IMG/VR virus record: IMGVR_UViG_3300046171_000138
Direction: 5' to 3' (one strand)
Origin: a virus
DNA length: 64,000 bases
In this document: piece by piece, positions 46,339-55,073 of the stretch
Layout of the letters: each line of letters opens with the position of its first letter
Position numbering within the stretch: position 1 is the first letter of the stretch
Translations under genes and position numbers: made by a program
The notes under the pieces: generated by a model
Database searches by the model: none
The model's input: the letters and a program-made list of their open reading frames with translations, nothing else
Told to the model about the DNA's origin: nothing

Positions 46339-46522
46339 AGATTACATAACCAAAAAACAAGCACAGGAGATGATTGACGATGCAATACGAAAACATAATC
46401 GTAATGCTGGAATTATCTCTATGTGTGTTGGTTGGGTTGTCCTTGCACTTTTTGCTGAAGGTCTCCTTCGACTTGTTGGAGTAATACCACCACTATTACC
46501 TTGGTTAAAAATTAGTTTATAG
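46328..46522 (+). CDS. Small membrane protein
   Basis: EMIDDAIRKHNRNA followed by the hydrophobic segment GIISMCVGWVVLALFAEGLL. Confidence 0.65.
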   Translation: MWNKDYITKKQAQEMIDDAIRKHNRNAGIISMCVGWVVLALFAEGLLRLVGVIPPLLPWLKISL

Positions 46523-46529
46523 GAAAATT

Positions 46530-47564
46530 ATGAAAGTTGGAATGATTGGTTTGGGTCGTATGGGCGAGGGTATGTCTCGCCGTATGATCAAAGAAGGAAT
46601 TGAAGTCTGGGGTTATAGAAATAACTACGAGAAGGCTTGTGAACAATATGAAGCAGGTTATATTAGTGGATGTGCCACTTCACTAGAGTACCTTGTTCAA
46701 TCAGTTAAAACTGATTCTGTTGCTGGTGAAGTTCCTGGTATCTTTCAACTTGTCATCCCCGCAGAACTAGTAGAGGAAACTATTAATGAGCTATTACCAC
46801 TACTTGGCGACGGAGATATTATTATTGATCATGGCAATAGCAATTTTAAGGACAGTCGGAGGAGGGCGGAACGTCTTTCAAAACTGGGTATCCAGTATAT
46901 TGATTGCGGTACTTCTGGTGGAGTTTATGGTTTGGACCGTGGATTCTGTCTTATGGTTGGTGGTTCAGATACTGCAATATCCATCTGCTCTCCTATCTTC
47001 AGGGCACTTGCACCTGGTATTGCCGCAGCAACCCGTACAGACCCATATAGTCATGCAACCAGTGCTGAATATGGTTGGCTACATTGTGGACCATCAGGCG
47101 CAGGTCACTTTGTAAAAATGGTTCACAACGGAGTCGAATATGGAATCATGCAAGCGTATGCAGAAGGGTTTAATATTCTCCATTCTAGTAACCTTGGTTC
47201 CCAATATGTTAAGGAAGGGGATGCTGAAGTTGCTCCAATGTCAGATCCAGAAAATTACCAATACGACATTGATTGTGCTGAAGTGGCTGAGCTATGGCGT
47301 AGGGGTAGTGTGGTTGGCAGTTGGTTACTTGATCTTACTGCTGATGTATTTCGGAGCGATTCAGAACTTAAACAATTCTCTGGCGGAGTTTCCGATAGCG
47401 GTGAGGGTCGTTGGACTGTTAATGCCGCTGTCGATTTGGGTGTCCCCGCTCCTGTTATTACTGCAGCGTTGTATGAACGTTTTAACTCTCGTTCATTGGG
47501 CGCATTCGGAAGCAAGGTATTGAATGGTATGCGGTTTATGTTTGGCGGACACAACGTAAGATGA
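46530..47564 (+). CDS. gnd: 6-phosphogluconate dehydrogenase (decarboxylating, short type)
   Basis: GMIGLGRMG, IDHGNS, DCGTSGG, GAGHFVKMVHNGVEYG, DSGEGRWT. Confidence 0.97.
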   Translation: MKVGMIGLGRMGEGMSRRMIKEGIEVWGYRNNYEKACEQYEAGYISGCATSLEYLVQSVKTDSVAGEVPGIFQLVIPAELVEETINELLPLLGDGDIIIDHGNSNFKDSRRRAERLSKLGIQYIDCGTSGGVYGLDRGFCLMVGGSDTAISICSPIFRALAPGIAAATRTDPYSHATSAEYGWLHCGPSGAGHFVKMVHNGVEYGIMQAYAEGFNILHSSNLGSQYVKEGDAEVAPMSDPENYQYDIDCAEVAELWRRGSVVGSWLLDLTADVFRSDSELKQFSGGVSDSGEGRWTVNAAVDLGVPAPVITAALYERFNSRSLGAFGSKVLNGMRFMFGGHNVR

Positions 47565-47692
47565 CTTTAGCACATGTCCTACTTTTCGGATCACTACCCT
47601 TTATATGTGCCACCGCATATTTCGGGCACAGAAAGGGTGAGAATAACTATTATGAAACCGACGCCTACACAGGAAATGGAACAGCGCATTAG
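47561..47692 (+). CDS. Small membrane peptide (43 aa)
   Basis: Hand translation MTLAHVLLFGSLPFICATAYFGHRKGENNYYETDAYTGNGTAH; ATGA-coupled to gnd. Not in the ORF track. Confidence 0.6.
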   Translation: MTLAHVLLFGSLPFICATAYFGHRKGENNYYETDAYTGNGTAH

Positions 47693-47894
47693 GATGAGGT
47701 TTGCATTTGCAATGTCCTCCTTCGGTAGAATGTTTGGTCCAGGTCGCATCACCTTGGAGATGAGAGATATCTGTAGGTGTTGGTCTGAAGACATAGATAC
47801 TAATACACCCCCTCGATCTAACTTGTACGAAGTCGATCGATACTTCCTGGAGTTATGGAAAAACCGATATGAATCTGAACCTGAATCTAATTGA
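47676..47894 (+). CDS. Small hypothetical protein (start uncertain: 47652, 47676 or 47694)
   Basis: RIRMRFAFAMSSFGRMFGP...DRYFLELWK, within track ORF 47574..47894. Confidence 0.55.
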   Translation: MEQRIRMRFAFAMSSFGRMFGPGRITLEMRDICRCWSEDIDTNTPPRSNLYEVDRYFLELWKNRYESEPESN

Positions 47895-48033
47895 AAAATT
47901 AAGACATGAGATCTATATGTTGAAACTCGAAAATAACATGCTCAAGTTGACACTAGAAGAAGTAAATAGTAATTGGGTACATCCCAAATCTTGCCTTCAC
48001 AACGAAGATCCATGGAAAAAGTTCAAAACGTAA
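47869..48033 (+). CDS. Small hypothetical protein (54 aa)
   Basis: Hand translation MNLNLNLIEKLRHEIYMLKLENNMLKL...WVHPKSCLHNEDPWKKFKT. Confidence 0.5.
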   Translation: MNLNLNLIEKLRHEIYMLKLENNMLKLTLEEVNSNWVHPKSCLHNEDPWKKFKT

Positions 48034-48110
48034 AGATTTCAAGTTTATTCATTTTTAGTTTCGTTATTTCATTTGTTGCTTGGGGGTTGGACAATGCTTA
48101 TCCTCATTAG
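48012..48110 (+). CDS. Putative 32-aa membrane peptide
   Basis: Hand translation MEKVQNVKISSLFIFSFVISFVAWGLDNAYPH; fills the gap between overlapping neighbours. Confidence 0.4.
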   Translation: MEKVQNVKISSLFIFSFVISFVAWGLDNAYPH

Positions 48111-48243
48111 ATATACGATGGAACATCAGTGGAGCCTAGGTCTCCTATCAATGATTTTAATAGTAGTTCCTATTATAGGAATGGATCTTGTCCATAAATA
48201 TGGATGGGAACATTGGGAACCATTCGCGAGGAATCATAAATGA
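48094..48243 (+). CDS. Putative 49-aa membrane peptide
   Basis: Hand translation MLILIRYTMEHQWSLGLLSMILIVVPIIGMDLVHKYGWEHWEPFARNHK; ATGA overlap with 48240. Confidence 0.55.
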   Translation: MLILIRYTMEHQWSLGLLSMILIVVPIIGMDLVHKYGWEHWEPFARNHK

Positions 48244-48449
48244 ATCCAGTAATTTTAATCAGTTGCTTCACACCACTGGTTATTATTTTTATAGTAATGA
48301 AACTTGCTGTATGGGTATCTGCAGTTAATACAGAAAACTCTTATGTCGGAAAAGAACCTTTACGAAAGAGAGGACCCTTCGTGGCAGATGCATATGCAGA
48401 CGTTGATGAAGAGGAAGAGGAGTATGGAGATCGCACAGACTATCGATGA
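48240..48449 (+). CDS. Small membrane protein with acidic tail
   Basis: N-terminal hydrophobic helix; C-terminal DVDEEEEEYG. Confidence 0.6.
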   Translation: MNPVILISCFTPLVIIFIVMKLAVWVSAVNTENSYVGKEPLRKRGPFVADAYADVDEEEEEYGDRTDYR

Positions 48450-48573
48450 TGCTCTCCATCAACACTATGTTGTAGAGCAAGGAAAACCTGTACCAAATTG
48501 GAGGTATGTAAAAGATGCTGATTGGTGGATAGAGTATTTAAAAAATTTAGGAATCGATCCGAGAAACCCATGA
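48424..48573 (+). CDS. Small hypothetical protein (49 aa)
   Basis: MEIAQTIDDALHQHY...VPNWRYVKDADWWIEYLKNLGIDPRNP, the C-terminal part of track ORF 48304..48573. Confidence 0.6.
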   Translation: MEIAQTIDDALHQHYVVEQGKPVPNWRYVKDADWWIEYLKNLGIDPRNP

Positions 48574-48647
48574 GTGCTTTATTTGTATTTTCCTTTGTGT
48601 TGTTACTAACCATAGGAATGGAACTTACTTGGCCTGTTAAAAAATGA
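48570..48647 (+). CDS. Putative 25-aa membrane peptide
   Basis: MSALFVFSFVLLLTIGMELTWPVKK; ATGA overlaps at both ends. Confidence 0.5.
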   Translation: MSALFVFSFVLLLTIGMELTWPVKK

Positions 48648-48850
48648 ATCTATTGTTAAGACCACACGAAAATTTTAACGATCCTGTATGGTCAGTGATC
48701 TTTATGGTATTCCTTTCTGTTTGTGGAGCTCTTTATGTCATTTACTATATACTAGGAGTTGATAAAAGAGAATCCCATGGGATCCATGACACCACCGAGC
48801 AGGAAGAGTTGCTACAACTTCCGAGTGACGGAGATCAACCGTGTCCTTGA
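48644..48850 (+). CDS. Small membrane protein
   Basis: NDPVWSVIFMVFLSVCGALYVIYYIL; the 3' end overlaps the nuclease gene. Confidence 0.55.
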   Translation: MNLLLRPHENFNDPVWSVIFMVFLSVCGALYVIYYILGVDKRESHGIHDTTEQEELLQLPSDGDQPCP

Positions 48851-49235
48851 TGGTGATACTATTGATGTCACCATTGATCTGGGGTTCGATCTATACAAGA
48901 AAGAAAGAGTTAGAGTTGCAGGAGTTGATACGCCAGAGAAGAGAACGAGAAATCTAGAGGAGAAAGCCCTTGGAATCGACGCAACAAACTGGCTCAAAGA
49001 AAAACTGGAAGGCACGTTGGCTGGTGATGATGAGTTGTCTGTTAGGACTGAACTTGTTGGTGGCACTGGCAAATACGGGCGTCTTCTGGGTTGGCTTTAC
49101 ATTGGGGACGGAGACGTGTCGCTTAACGAACAAATGATTGAAGAAGGATATGCTCACCCCTATGATGGCGGCACCAAAGATATGAATTTAGAAACCCTAC
49201 GAGAGATAAGGAGAAAACATGGAACCCTCATCTGA
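48777..49235 (+). CDS. Staphylococcal-nuclease (thermonuclease)-like protein
   Basis: RVLDGDTIDV, RVRVAGVDTPE, GKYGRLLG, NEQMIEEGYA. ATG 48777 is preferred. Confidence 0.9.
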   Translation: MGSMTPPSRKSCYNFRVTEINRVLDGDTIDVTIDLGFDLYKKERVRVAGVDTPEKRTRNLEEKALGIDATNWLKEKLEGTLAGDDELSVRTELVGGTGKYGRLLGWLYIGDGDVSLNEQMIEEGYAHPYDGGTKDMNLETLREIRRKHGTLI

Positions 49236-49425
49236 AGAAAATCAATGGCTTTGTACTATGACATTAGGAATCGATGAAGTTCGATATCTGTATGATCACT
49301 ATGATTATTCTATCAAGATGTGGCCAGGTTCCCCTGCACGTCCTGCTGAAGAGCAAGTTCTTTTAGAGATAATGAAGAAAAGAATGTTTGCTATGATGGC
49401 AGAATACAATTTTACGGAAATGTAG
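49219..49425 (+). CDS. Small hypothetical protein
   Basis: ORF overlapping the nuclease end; WPGSPARPAEEQ. Confidence 0.6.
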   Translation: MEPSSEENQWLCTMTLGIDEVRYLYDHYDYSIKMWPGSPARPAEEQVLLEIMKKRMFAMMAEYNFTEM

Positions 49426-49476
49426 ACAATACACAAATTGTTAGCATTCGTTACACTATTTTTTCCTACATAGTCC

Positions 49477-49482
49477 TATAAT
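49477..49482 (+). promoter_or_regulatory. Possible sigma70 -10 (TATAAT) inside an inverted repeat
   Basis: TATAAT 24 nt upstream of the ATG at 49506; no clear -35. Confidence 0.35.
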
Positions 49483-49505
49483 ACTTTGTAGCGTAGTGTA
49501 ACACA

Positions 49506-49727
49506 ATGCTCGGACTCTATGTATTAATCACTTGTTTTATTCTACTTGTAGCATATGCAGGTATGGAAGAAACGGTACGTCTATTTGCTTATATCGATCT
49601 CGTGATCAGATGGCGATGGGTTCAATTCAGAATGTATATGATGCGTCGTAAACTTGAACAACAACTCATAAAAGATCTACCTGATTACAATAAACTTATA
49701 AAGGAATTAAAAGATGACCAACGATAA
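49506..49727 (+). CDS. Small membrane-anchored hypothetical protein
   Basis: N-terminal hydrophobic segment, then an amphipathic helix. Confidence 0.6.
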   Translation: MLGLYVLITCFILLVAYAGMEETVRLFAYIDLVIRWRWVQFRMYMMRRKLEQQLIKDLPDYNKLIKELKDDQR

Positions 49728-50013
49728 GGAACTGTCTAATCTCAAACTTGAGAGAAAAGAATGTCCTAAATGTGGTGCTACTTGGATCAACGGCAAGCAT
49801 GTCTTTAGAGGCACTGCCGCATCATATGACAAGAGTGAACTAGACCTTGCTGGTCTTGTTTGTAATAAACTAGGTGACGAGCAATGTATTAACCCCAGGA
49901 AAGGACAAGATGGTGGAACCACTTGGGAATACAGGTCTGGATACATTGATGGTGTCTATGCCTCAAAGAAAAAATCAATGGAAGAAATGCGTGATCAGTT
50001 TGGAGATCTCTAA
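49714..50013 (+). CDS. Hypothetical Cys-containing protein preceding terminase
   Basis: ECPKCGATWING, GLVCNKLGDEQCINP. Confidence 0.7.
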   Translation: MTNDKELSNLKLERKECPKCGATWINGKHVFRGTAASYDKSELDLAGLVCNKLGDEQCINPRKGQDGGTTWEYRSGYIDGVYASKKKSMEEMRDQFGDL

Positions 50014-50016
50014 ATA
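50010..50016 (+). promoter_or_regulatory. Late-promoter variant (CTAAATA)
   Basis: Upstream of gp17. Confidence 0.55.
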
Positions 50017-50038
50017 CTAGTGGTGAACTAGTTTTCTT

Positions 50039-51688
50039 ATGGCAACCGATCAGATTTATCTTGGTAATCCGCTACTAAAAAAAGCGAACGTCAAGCAAGA
50101 CTTTACCAAAGAACAAATTGCAGAGTATGTAAAGTGTCAACAAGATCCAATATACTTTACAAAAAACTATGTAAAAATTGTTTCTCTTGATGAAGGTCTG
50201 GTGCCATTTAAGATGTGGGACTTCCAAGAGGAGTTAATTGAAAAATTTCACAGAAGCAGATTCAACATTGCGAAGCTACCTCGTCAGACTGGAAAGTCTA
50301 CGACAGTGGTTTCGTATTTGTTACATTATGCTTTGTTCAACGATAGCGTAAACATCGGTATCCTTGCTAACAAAGCAAGTACGGCAAGAGATCTACTTGG
50401 TAGATTACAAACAGCATATGAGAATCTACCAAAGTGGATTCAACAGGGTGTGGTATCATGGAACAAAGGTTCTATGGAGCTAGAGAATGGCAGTAAGATA
50501 TTGGCAGCTTCTACATCTGCAAGTGCTGTCCGAGGTATGTCGTTTAACATCATCTTCCTCGATGAGTTTGCGTTCGTTCCAAACCATATTGCAGAGTCCT
50601 TCTTTGCCTCTGTTTATCCTACTATTACTTCTGGTAAATCAACGAAAGTAATTATCATCTCTACCCCACAGGGTATGAACCACTTCTATAAGTTGTGGAC
50701 TGATGCACAGAATGATAGGAATGGATATACTTGGCATGAGGTACACTGGTCACAGGTGCCTGGACGTGATGAGAACTGGAAAGCAGAAACAATTAAGAAC
50801 ACGTCAGAGAGACAGTTCACACAAGAGTTTGAGTGTGAGTTTCTTGGATCTGTTGACACACTAATCTCTGCTGCTAAACTTCGAGCACTGACTTTTATTG
50901 ATCCCATCTCTACAAACAAGGGACTTGACATATATGAAAAACCAGGAACCAACGCAGAATATATTATTACGGTGGATGTTTCTCGCGGTATTGGGGGAGA
51001 TTACTCTGCTTTCATTATTTACGATATTACTACAGTTCCATATAGAATAGTAGGAAAGTATAGAAACAACGAAATCAAACCGATGTTGTTTCCTAACGTC
51101 ATTAATGATGTTGCCCGAGCCTATAACAATGCATGGGTTATGTGTGAGGTGAACGATGTAGGAGACTCTGTGGCGTCGATTCTAAATTATGACCTTGAGT
51201 ATCCTAACGTGCTTATGTGTGCCATGAGAGGGCGTGCAGGGCAGATTGTAGGGCATGGATTCTCTGGATCTAAAACACAGCTCGGTGTCAAGATGAGCGT
51301 CACCGTGAAGAAGGTTGGTTGTGCCAACCTCAAACAAATTATTGAAGATGACAAACTTATCTTTAATGACTACGAAATTATATCAGAACTTACCACATTC
51401 ATTCAGAAGAAGCAATCCTTTGAGGCTGATGAAGGATTCCATGATGACTTGGTAATGTGTATGGTGATCTTTGCCTGGTTAGTTCAGCAAGATTACTTTA
51501 AAGAACTTACTGATAACGATGTTCGTAAACGTATCTACGATGAACAAAAGAATCAGATCGAACAAGACATGGCACCATTCGGATTTATTACTACAGGTCT
51601 AGAAGGTGATGAAGGATTTGTAGAAGATGGATCTCATTGGGAGTATGGTGATACACAGGAAGATGTATCATATATGTGGAGTATCTAA
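50039..51688 (+). CDS. gp17: Terminase large subunit gp17
   Basis: PRQTGKST (Walker A), IIFLDEFAF (Walker B), VDVSRG, HDDLVM. Confidence 0.98.
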   Translation: MATDQIYLGNPLLKKANVKQDFTKEQIAEYVKCQQDPIYFTKNYVKIVSLDEGLVPFKMWDFQEELIEKFHRSRFNIAKLPRQTGKSTTVVSYLLHYALFNDSVNIGILANKASTARDLLGRLQTAYENLPKWIQQGVVSWNKGSMELENGSKILAASTSASAVRGMSFNIIFLDEFAFVPNHIAESFFASVYPTITSGKSTKVIIISTPQGMNHFYKLWTDAQNDRNGYTWHEVHWSQVPGRDENWKAETIKNTSERQFTQEFECEFLGSVDTLISAAKLRALTFIDPISTNKGLDIYEKPGTNAEYIITVDVSRGIGGDYSAFIIYDITTVPYRIVGKYRNNEIKPMLFPNVINDVARAYNNAWVMCEVNDVGDSVASILNYDLEYPNVLMCAMRGRAGQIVGHGFSGSKTQLGVKMSVTVKKVGCANLKQIIEDDKLIFNDYEIISELTTFIQKKQSFEADEGFHDDLVMCMVIFAWLVQQDYFKELTDNDVRKRIYDEQKNQIEQDMAPFGFITTGLEGDEGFVEDGSHWEYGDTQEDVSYMWSI

Positions 51689-51906
51689 TGGACGTAGAAG
51701 ATATGTTCGATCTAGGTACTATTCTTTTTAAACAAAGAAAGTGTAGATCTTGTGGAAAAACTAAAGACTTAACTACAGACTTCTACAGATCCAGACCAGA
51801 TAGAACATCATTGTCTGCCTGGTCCTATGAATGTAAGGAATGTACGAAGAAGAGAGTAACCAATAAAAGAAGAAAATACAAGGAAGATATCTATCCAGAC
51901 TGGTAG
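51688..51906 (+). CDS. Small zinc-ribbon protein (CxxC...CxxC)
   Basis: KCRSCGKTK...YECKEC; TAATG coupling with gp17. Confidence 0.7.
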   Translation: MDVEDMFDLGTILFKQRKCRSCGKTKDLTTDFYRSRPDRTSLSAWSYECKECTKKRVTNKRRKYKEDIYPDW

Positions 51907-51947
51907 AGGGTTCGTGCATTGTTTCCCCACTTGAAGTTTCCAAAAAT

Positions 51948-51954
51948 CTAAATA
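51948..51954 (+). promoter_or_regulatory. Late-promoter variant (CTAAATA)
   Basis: Upstream of the AAGGAG SD and gp18. Confidence 0.6.
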
Positions 51955-51990
51955 CCTATAGATCAAAATTGGTTACTCAAGGAGAACAAT

Positions 51991-54417
51991 ATGGCAAGTC
52001 AAGTCTCGCCTGGAATTAGATTGAGAGAGCGTGACCTATCCAATGCTGTTGTTGTAGGTGCATCGGAAATTACCGCTGCTCATGCATCGACTTTTCAAAA
52101 AGGTCCTATTGGAAAGGTCGTGAATATCGCTTCACAAAAAGAACTTATTTCAGTTTTCGGTGCTCCCACCGACGCAAACGCCGAGGATTTTTTCGTAGCA
52201 TCGGAATTCCTAGGATACGGCGGTCGCCTAGCAGTCGTTCGTGCTGCTACTGGCGTAAATAGTGCATCCGTTGCTGGCGGTACTGTCGTAGTCAAGAACG
52301 ATGACGACTGGGCAGCAGGTAATGGTGCAGGCAACATGTTTGTTGCAAGAACAGCTGGTACACATGGCAACGCACTTAAGGTTGTTGCTGTTGACCGTGG
52401 TGCTGATCAACTAGCAACACTCACCGCAGCACCTGCTGGTCTCGCTGCTGGTGATACAGTCACTTTCACTGGTGGTAAGAAAGCAGTCGTTTACAGCTGG
52501 GATGCTGGAACACTCACCGCTGCGCTGATCCTCGACGATCCTACTAGCAGACTAACCACTGCTGACAGCATCGACACACCTGACACTGGTGTTGTTTCGG
52601 GTCTTACTGCAGTCACCGCTGGTGGTACTCTTTACGAGACCGCATCTGGTGTTGCAACATCTGGTGGATCTGGTACTGGACTTACTCTAGACCTCACAGT
52701 TTCTGCAGGTATTCCTCTGACACTAAACGGTGGTGCTGGTGGTTCTTCCTATGTTACAGCAACTGCTCAAGCAACCACAACTAATGGCACTGGTACTGGA
52801 CTCACTGTTGATATCACTGCTTCTGGCGGTTCCATTGTTTCTATCGCAATCAATGCCGCAGGTACTGGTTATGCAGTAGGAGACACGATCACCGTTGCTG
52901 GTGGTGGTAACGACGGTACTGGTTCTATCGCTACTGTACGTGGTGGCGTTACTAGCGTTGCCGTAGCAACAGGTGGATCTGGATACGTTAGTGGCGATAC
53001 AATCACAATTTCTGGTGGTGGCGCAGACGCAACTGTTGATATTGCAACTGTAACTGATACCGCAATCACAATCACTACAGTCAAAGATTGGTACACCAAC
53101 ACCCTAATCCCTGGCACAAGTCTAACACTTGGTGCTATCGGTCCTCGTCCTGGCACTTCCCAGTTCGCTGCTGACAGAAGTGTTTCTTATGATGAAATGC
53201 ACTTTGCAGTTATTGATTCTGATGGATCAGTTTCTGGCGCAGTAGATACTGTACTAGAAAGAGTTCTGTTTGTTTCCAAACTGTCTGACGGTAGAAACAC
53301 TGAAGGCGCTGCTAACTTCTACAGAGATGTAATCGAACAGCAATCATCCTTCTTCTTTAACGGCACAGTAATTCCTGCTTCAACACAAGCTGCATCTGCT
53401 GGTGGTTCTACTTCACTAGATCAAACTGCAGCATCTTCTGCTGGTAAGTTGCTCCTAATTGGTGCAAAAGCATGGGACCTTCAAGGTGGTGTTGACGACT
53501 ATACATACACCCCTGCTGAAATTGAAGCAGCATTTGACGAGTTCTCTGATACCGAACTAGTTCCTACCTTGAACTTTGTTCTCATGGGTGGTTCGCTCGC
53601 TACCGAAACTGACACCAAAGCGAAAGCAAATAAGGTTATCAGTATCGCAGCAGCAAGAAAGGATTGCATCGCATTCGTTTCTCCACACAAAGGCAACCAA
53701 GTTGGAACTGCTGGCGCACTAACTGCGATCCAGCAAAGAGAGAACACTCTCAACTTCTTTAACGGCATGACTTCCACGTCATACGCCGTATTTGATAGCG
53801 GTTACAAGTATTTCTACGATCGCTTCAATGACAAGTATCGCTACATTCCTTGCAATGGCGATATCGCTGGTCTATGTGTTGCTACTAGTAGCCTCCTCGA
53901 TGACTGGTATTCCCCTGCTGGTGTCAACAGAGGTTCCCTACGTAATGCTATTAAACTAGCATACAACCCAAGCAAGGCAGACAGAGACGAACTCTATCAG
54001 TCCAGAATCAACCCCGTTGTTGTATTCCCTGGTAGCGGCGTTACCCTGTTTGGCGACAAGACTGCACTTGCGTCTCCTTCTTCCTTCGATCGTATCAACG
54101 TTCGTCGCCTCTTCCTCAATGTTGAGAAGAGAATTGGAGATCTTGCCAAGACAGTTCTATTTGAGCAAAACGATCCGACAACCCGTTCTTCATTCCTAGC
54201 AGCTGCAAGCAGCTACATGTCCGAAGTTCAGGCACGTCGTGGCGTAACTGATTTCCTCGTGGTATGTGATGAGTCCAATAACACCCCTGACGTAATTGAT
54301 CGTAACGAGTTTGTTGCAGAACTATTCCTGAAACCAACTCGCTCTATTAACTACATCACAGTTACATTCACTGCAACGAAGACTGGCGTCTCGTTCAGCG
54401 AAGTAGTCGGTTCCTGA
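51991..54417 (+). CDS. gp18: Tail sheath protein gp18
   Basis: SPGIRLRERDL, FFVASEFLGYG, WYSPAGVNRG, FDRINVRRLF, LKPTRSINYI. Confidence 0.98.
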   Translation: MASQVSPGIRLRERDLSNAVVVGASEITAAHASTFQKGPIGKVVNIASQKELISVFGAPTDANAEDFFVASEFLGYGGRLAVVRAATGVNSASVAGGTVVVKNDDDWAAGNGAGNMFVARTAGTHGNALKVVAVDRGADQLATLTAAPAGLAAGDTVTFTGGKKAVVYSWDAGTLTAALILDDPTSRLTTADSIDTPDTGVVSGLTAVTAGGTLYETASGVATSGGSGTGLTLDLTVSAGIPLTLNGGAGGSSYVTATAQATTTNGTGTGLTVDITASGGSIVSIAINAAGTGYAVGDTITVAGGGNDGTGSIATVRGGVTSVAVATGGSGYVSGDTITISGGGADATVDIATVTDTAITITTVKDWYTNTLIPGTSLTLGAIGPRPGTSQFAADRSVSYDEMHFAVIDSDGSVSGAVDTVLERVLFVSKLSDGRNTEGAANFYRDVIEQQSSFFFNGTVIPASTQAASAGGSTSLDQTAASSAGKLLLIGAKAWDLQGGVDDYTYTPAEIEAAFDEFSDTELVPTLNFVLMGGSLATETDTKAKANKVISIAAARKDCIAFVSPHKGNQVGTAGALTAIQQRENTLNFFNGMTSTSYAVFDSGYKYFYDRFNDKYRYIPCNGDIAGLCVATSSLLDDWYSPAGVNRGSLRNAIKLAYNPSKADRDELYQSRINPVVVFPGSGVTLFGDKTALASPSSFDRINVRRLFLNVEKRIGDLAKTVLFEQNDPTTRSSFLAAASSYMSEVQARRGVTDFLVVCDESNNTPDVIDRNEFVAELFLKPTRSINYITVTFTATKTGVSFSEVVGS

Positions 54418-54443
54418 TCAAATATCCATAGAGGCATAAAAAA

Positions 54444-55025
54444 ATGGCAGGCATTAATTCTTTTATTCAGAAAATCGGTGAGGGCGTCAAGCCCAATATG
54501 TTCCTTGTACAAATCCCCTTTCCTGGGGGCAATGAAGATGATCTCACCAATCTACTCTGCAAATCTACAGCACTCCCAGCATCCAACCTGGGTGTGATTG
54601 AGGTTCCTTTCAGAGGAAGAACCGTTAAGATCGTTGGTGATCGTACATTCGACACCTGGTCCGCAACCTTCTTCAATGATAAGAACATGAGTGTTCGCTC
54701 CAAGTTTGAGTCTTGGTTGGCTTCGATGAACTCTCACGAACCCAACACAGCACCTCTCTTCGAGCCAAGCGAATCTGATGGTTACATGCAGAAGATGATT
54801 GTCCAGCAACTCCGTAAGGATGGTACATCTGGTGATGACGCAACTGGCAAAGGCAACACGGTTCTCCGTGAGTACACCCTACGCCATGCATTCCCAACCA
54901 GCATCTCCCAGATCGATCTTGCTTATGACAGCAACGATCAGATCGAAGAGTTCACAGTTGAGTTCCAGTATTCTTACTGGACAGTTACTGGTGGCAATTC
55001 TGACACTTCTGACTCAAACCTTTGA
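54444..55025 (+). CDS. gp19: Tail tube protein gp19
   Basis: LPASNLGVIEVPFRGR, GDRTFDTW, DQIEEFTVEFQY. Confidence 0.97.
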   Translation: MAGINSFIQKIGEGVKPNMFLVQIPFPGGNEDDLTNLLCKSTALPASNLGVIEVPFRGRTVKIVGDRTFDTWSATFFNDKNMSVRSKFESWLASMNSHEPNTAPLFEPSESDGYMQKMIVQQLRKDGTSGDDATGKGNTVLREYTLRHAFPTSISQIDLAYDSNDQIEEFTVEFQYSYWTVTGGNSDTSDSNL

Positions 55026-55036
55026 TTTTTTGACCT

Positions 55037-55044
55037 GATAAATA
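55037..55044 (+). promoter_or_regulatory. T4-type late promoter (GATAAATA)
   Basis: Upstream of gp20. Confidence 0.6.
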
Positions 55045-55073
55045 GTATTATCAGGTAATCAGATCGATTAATT

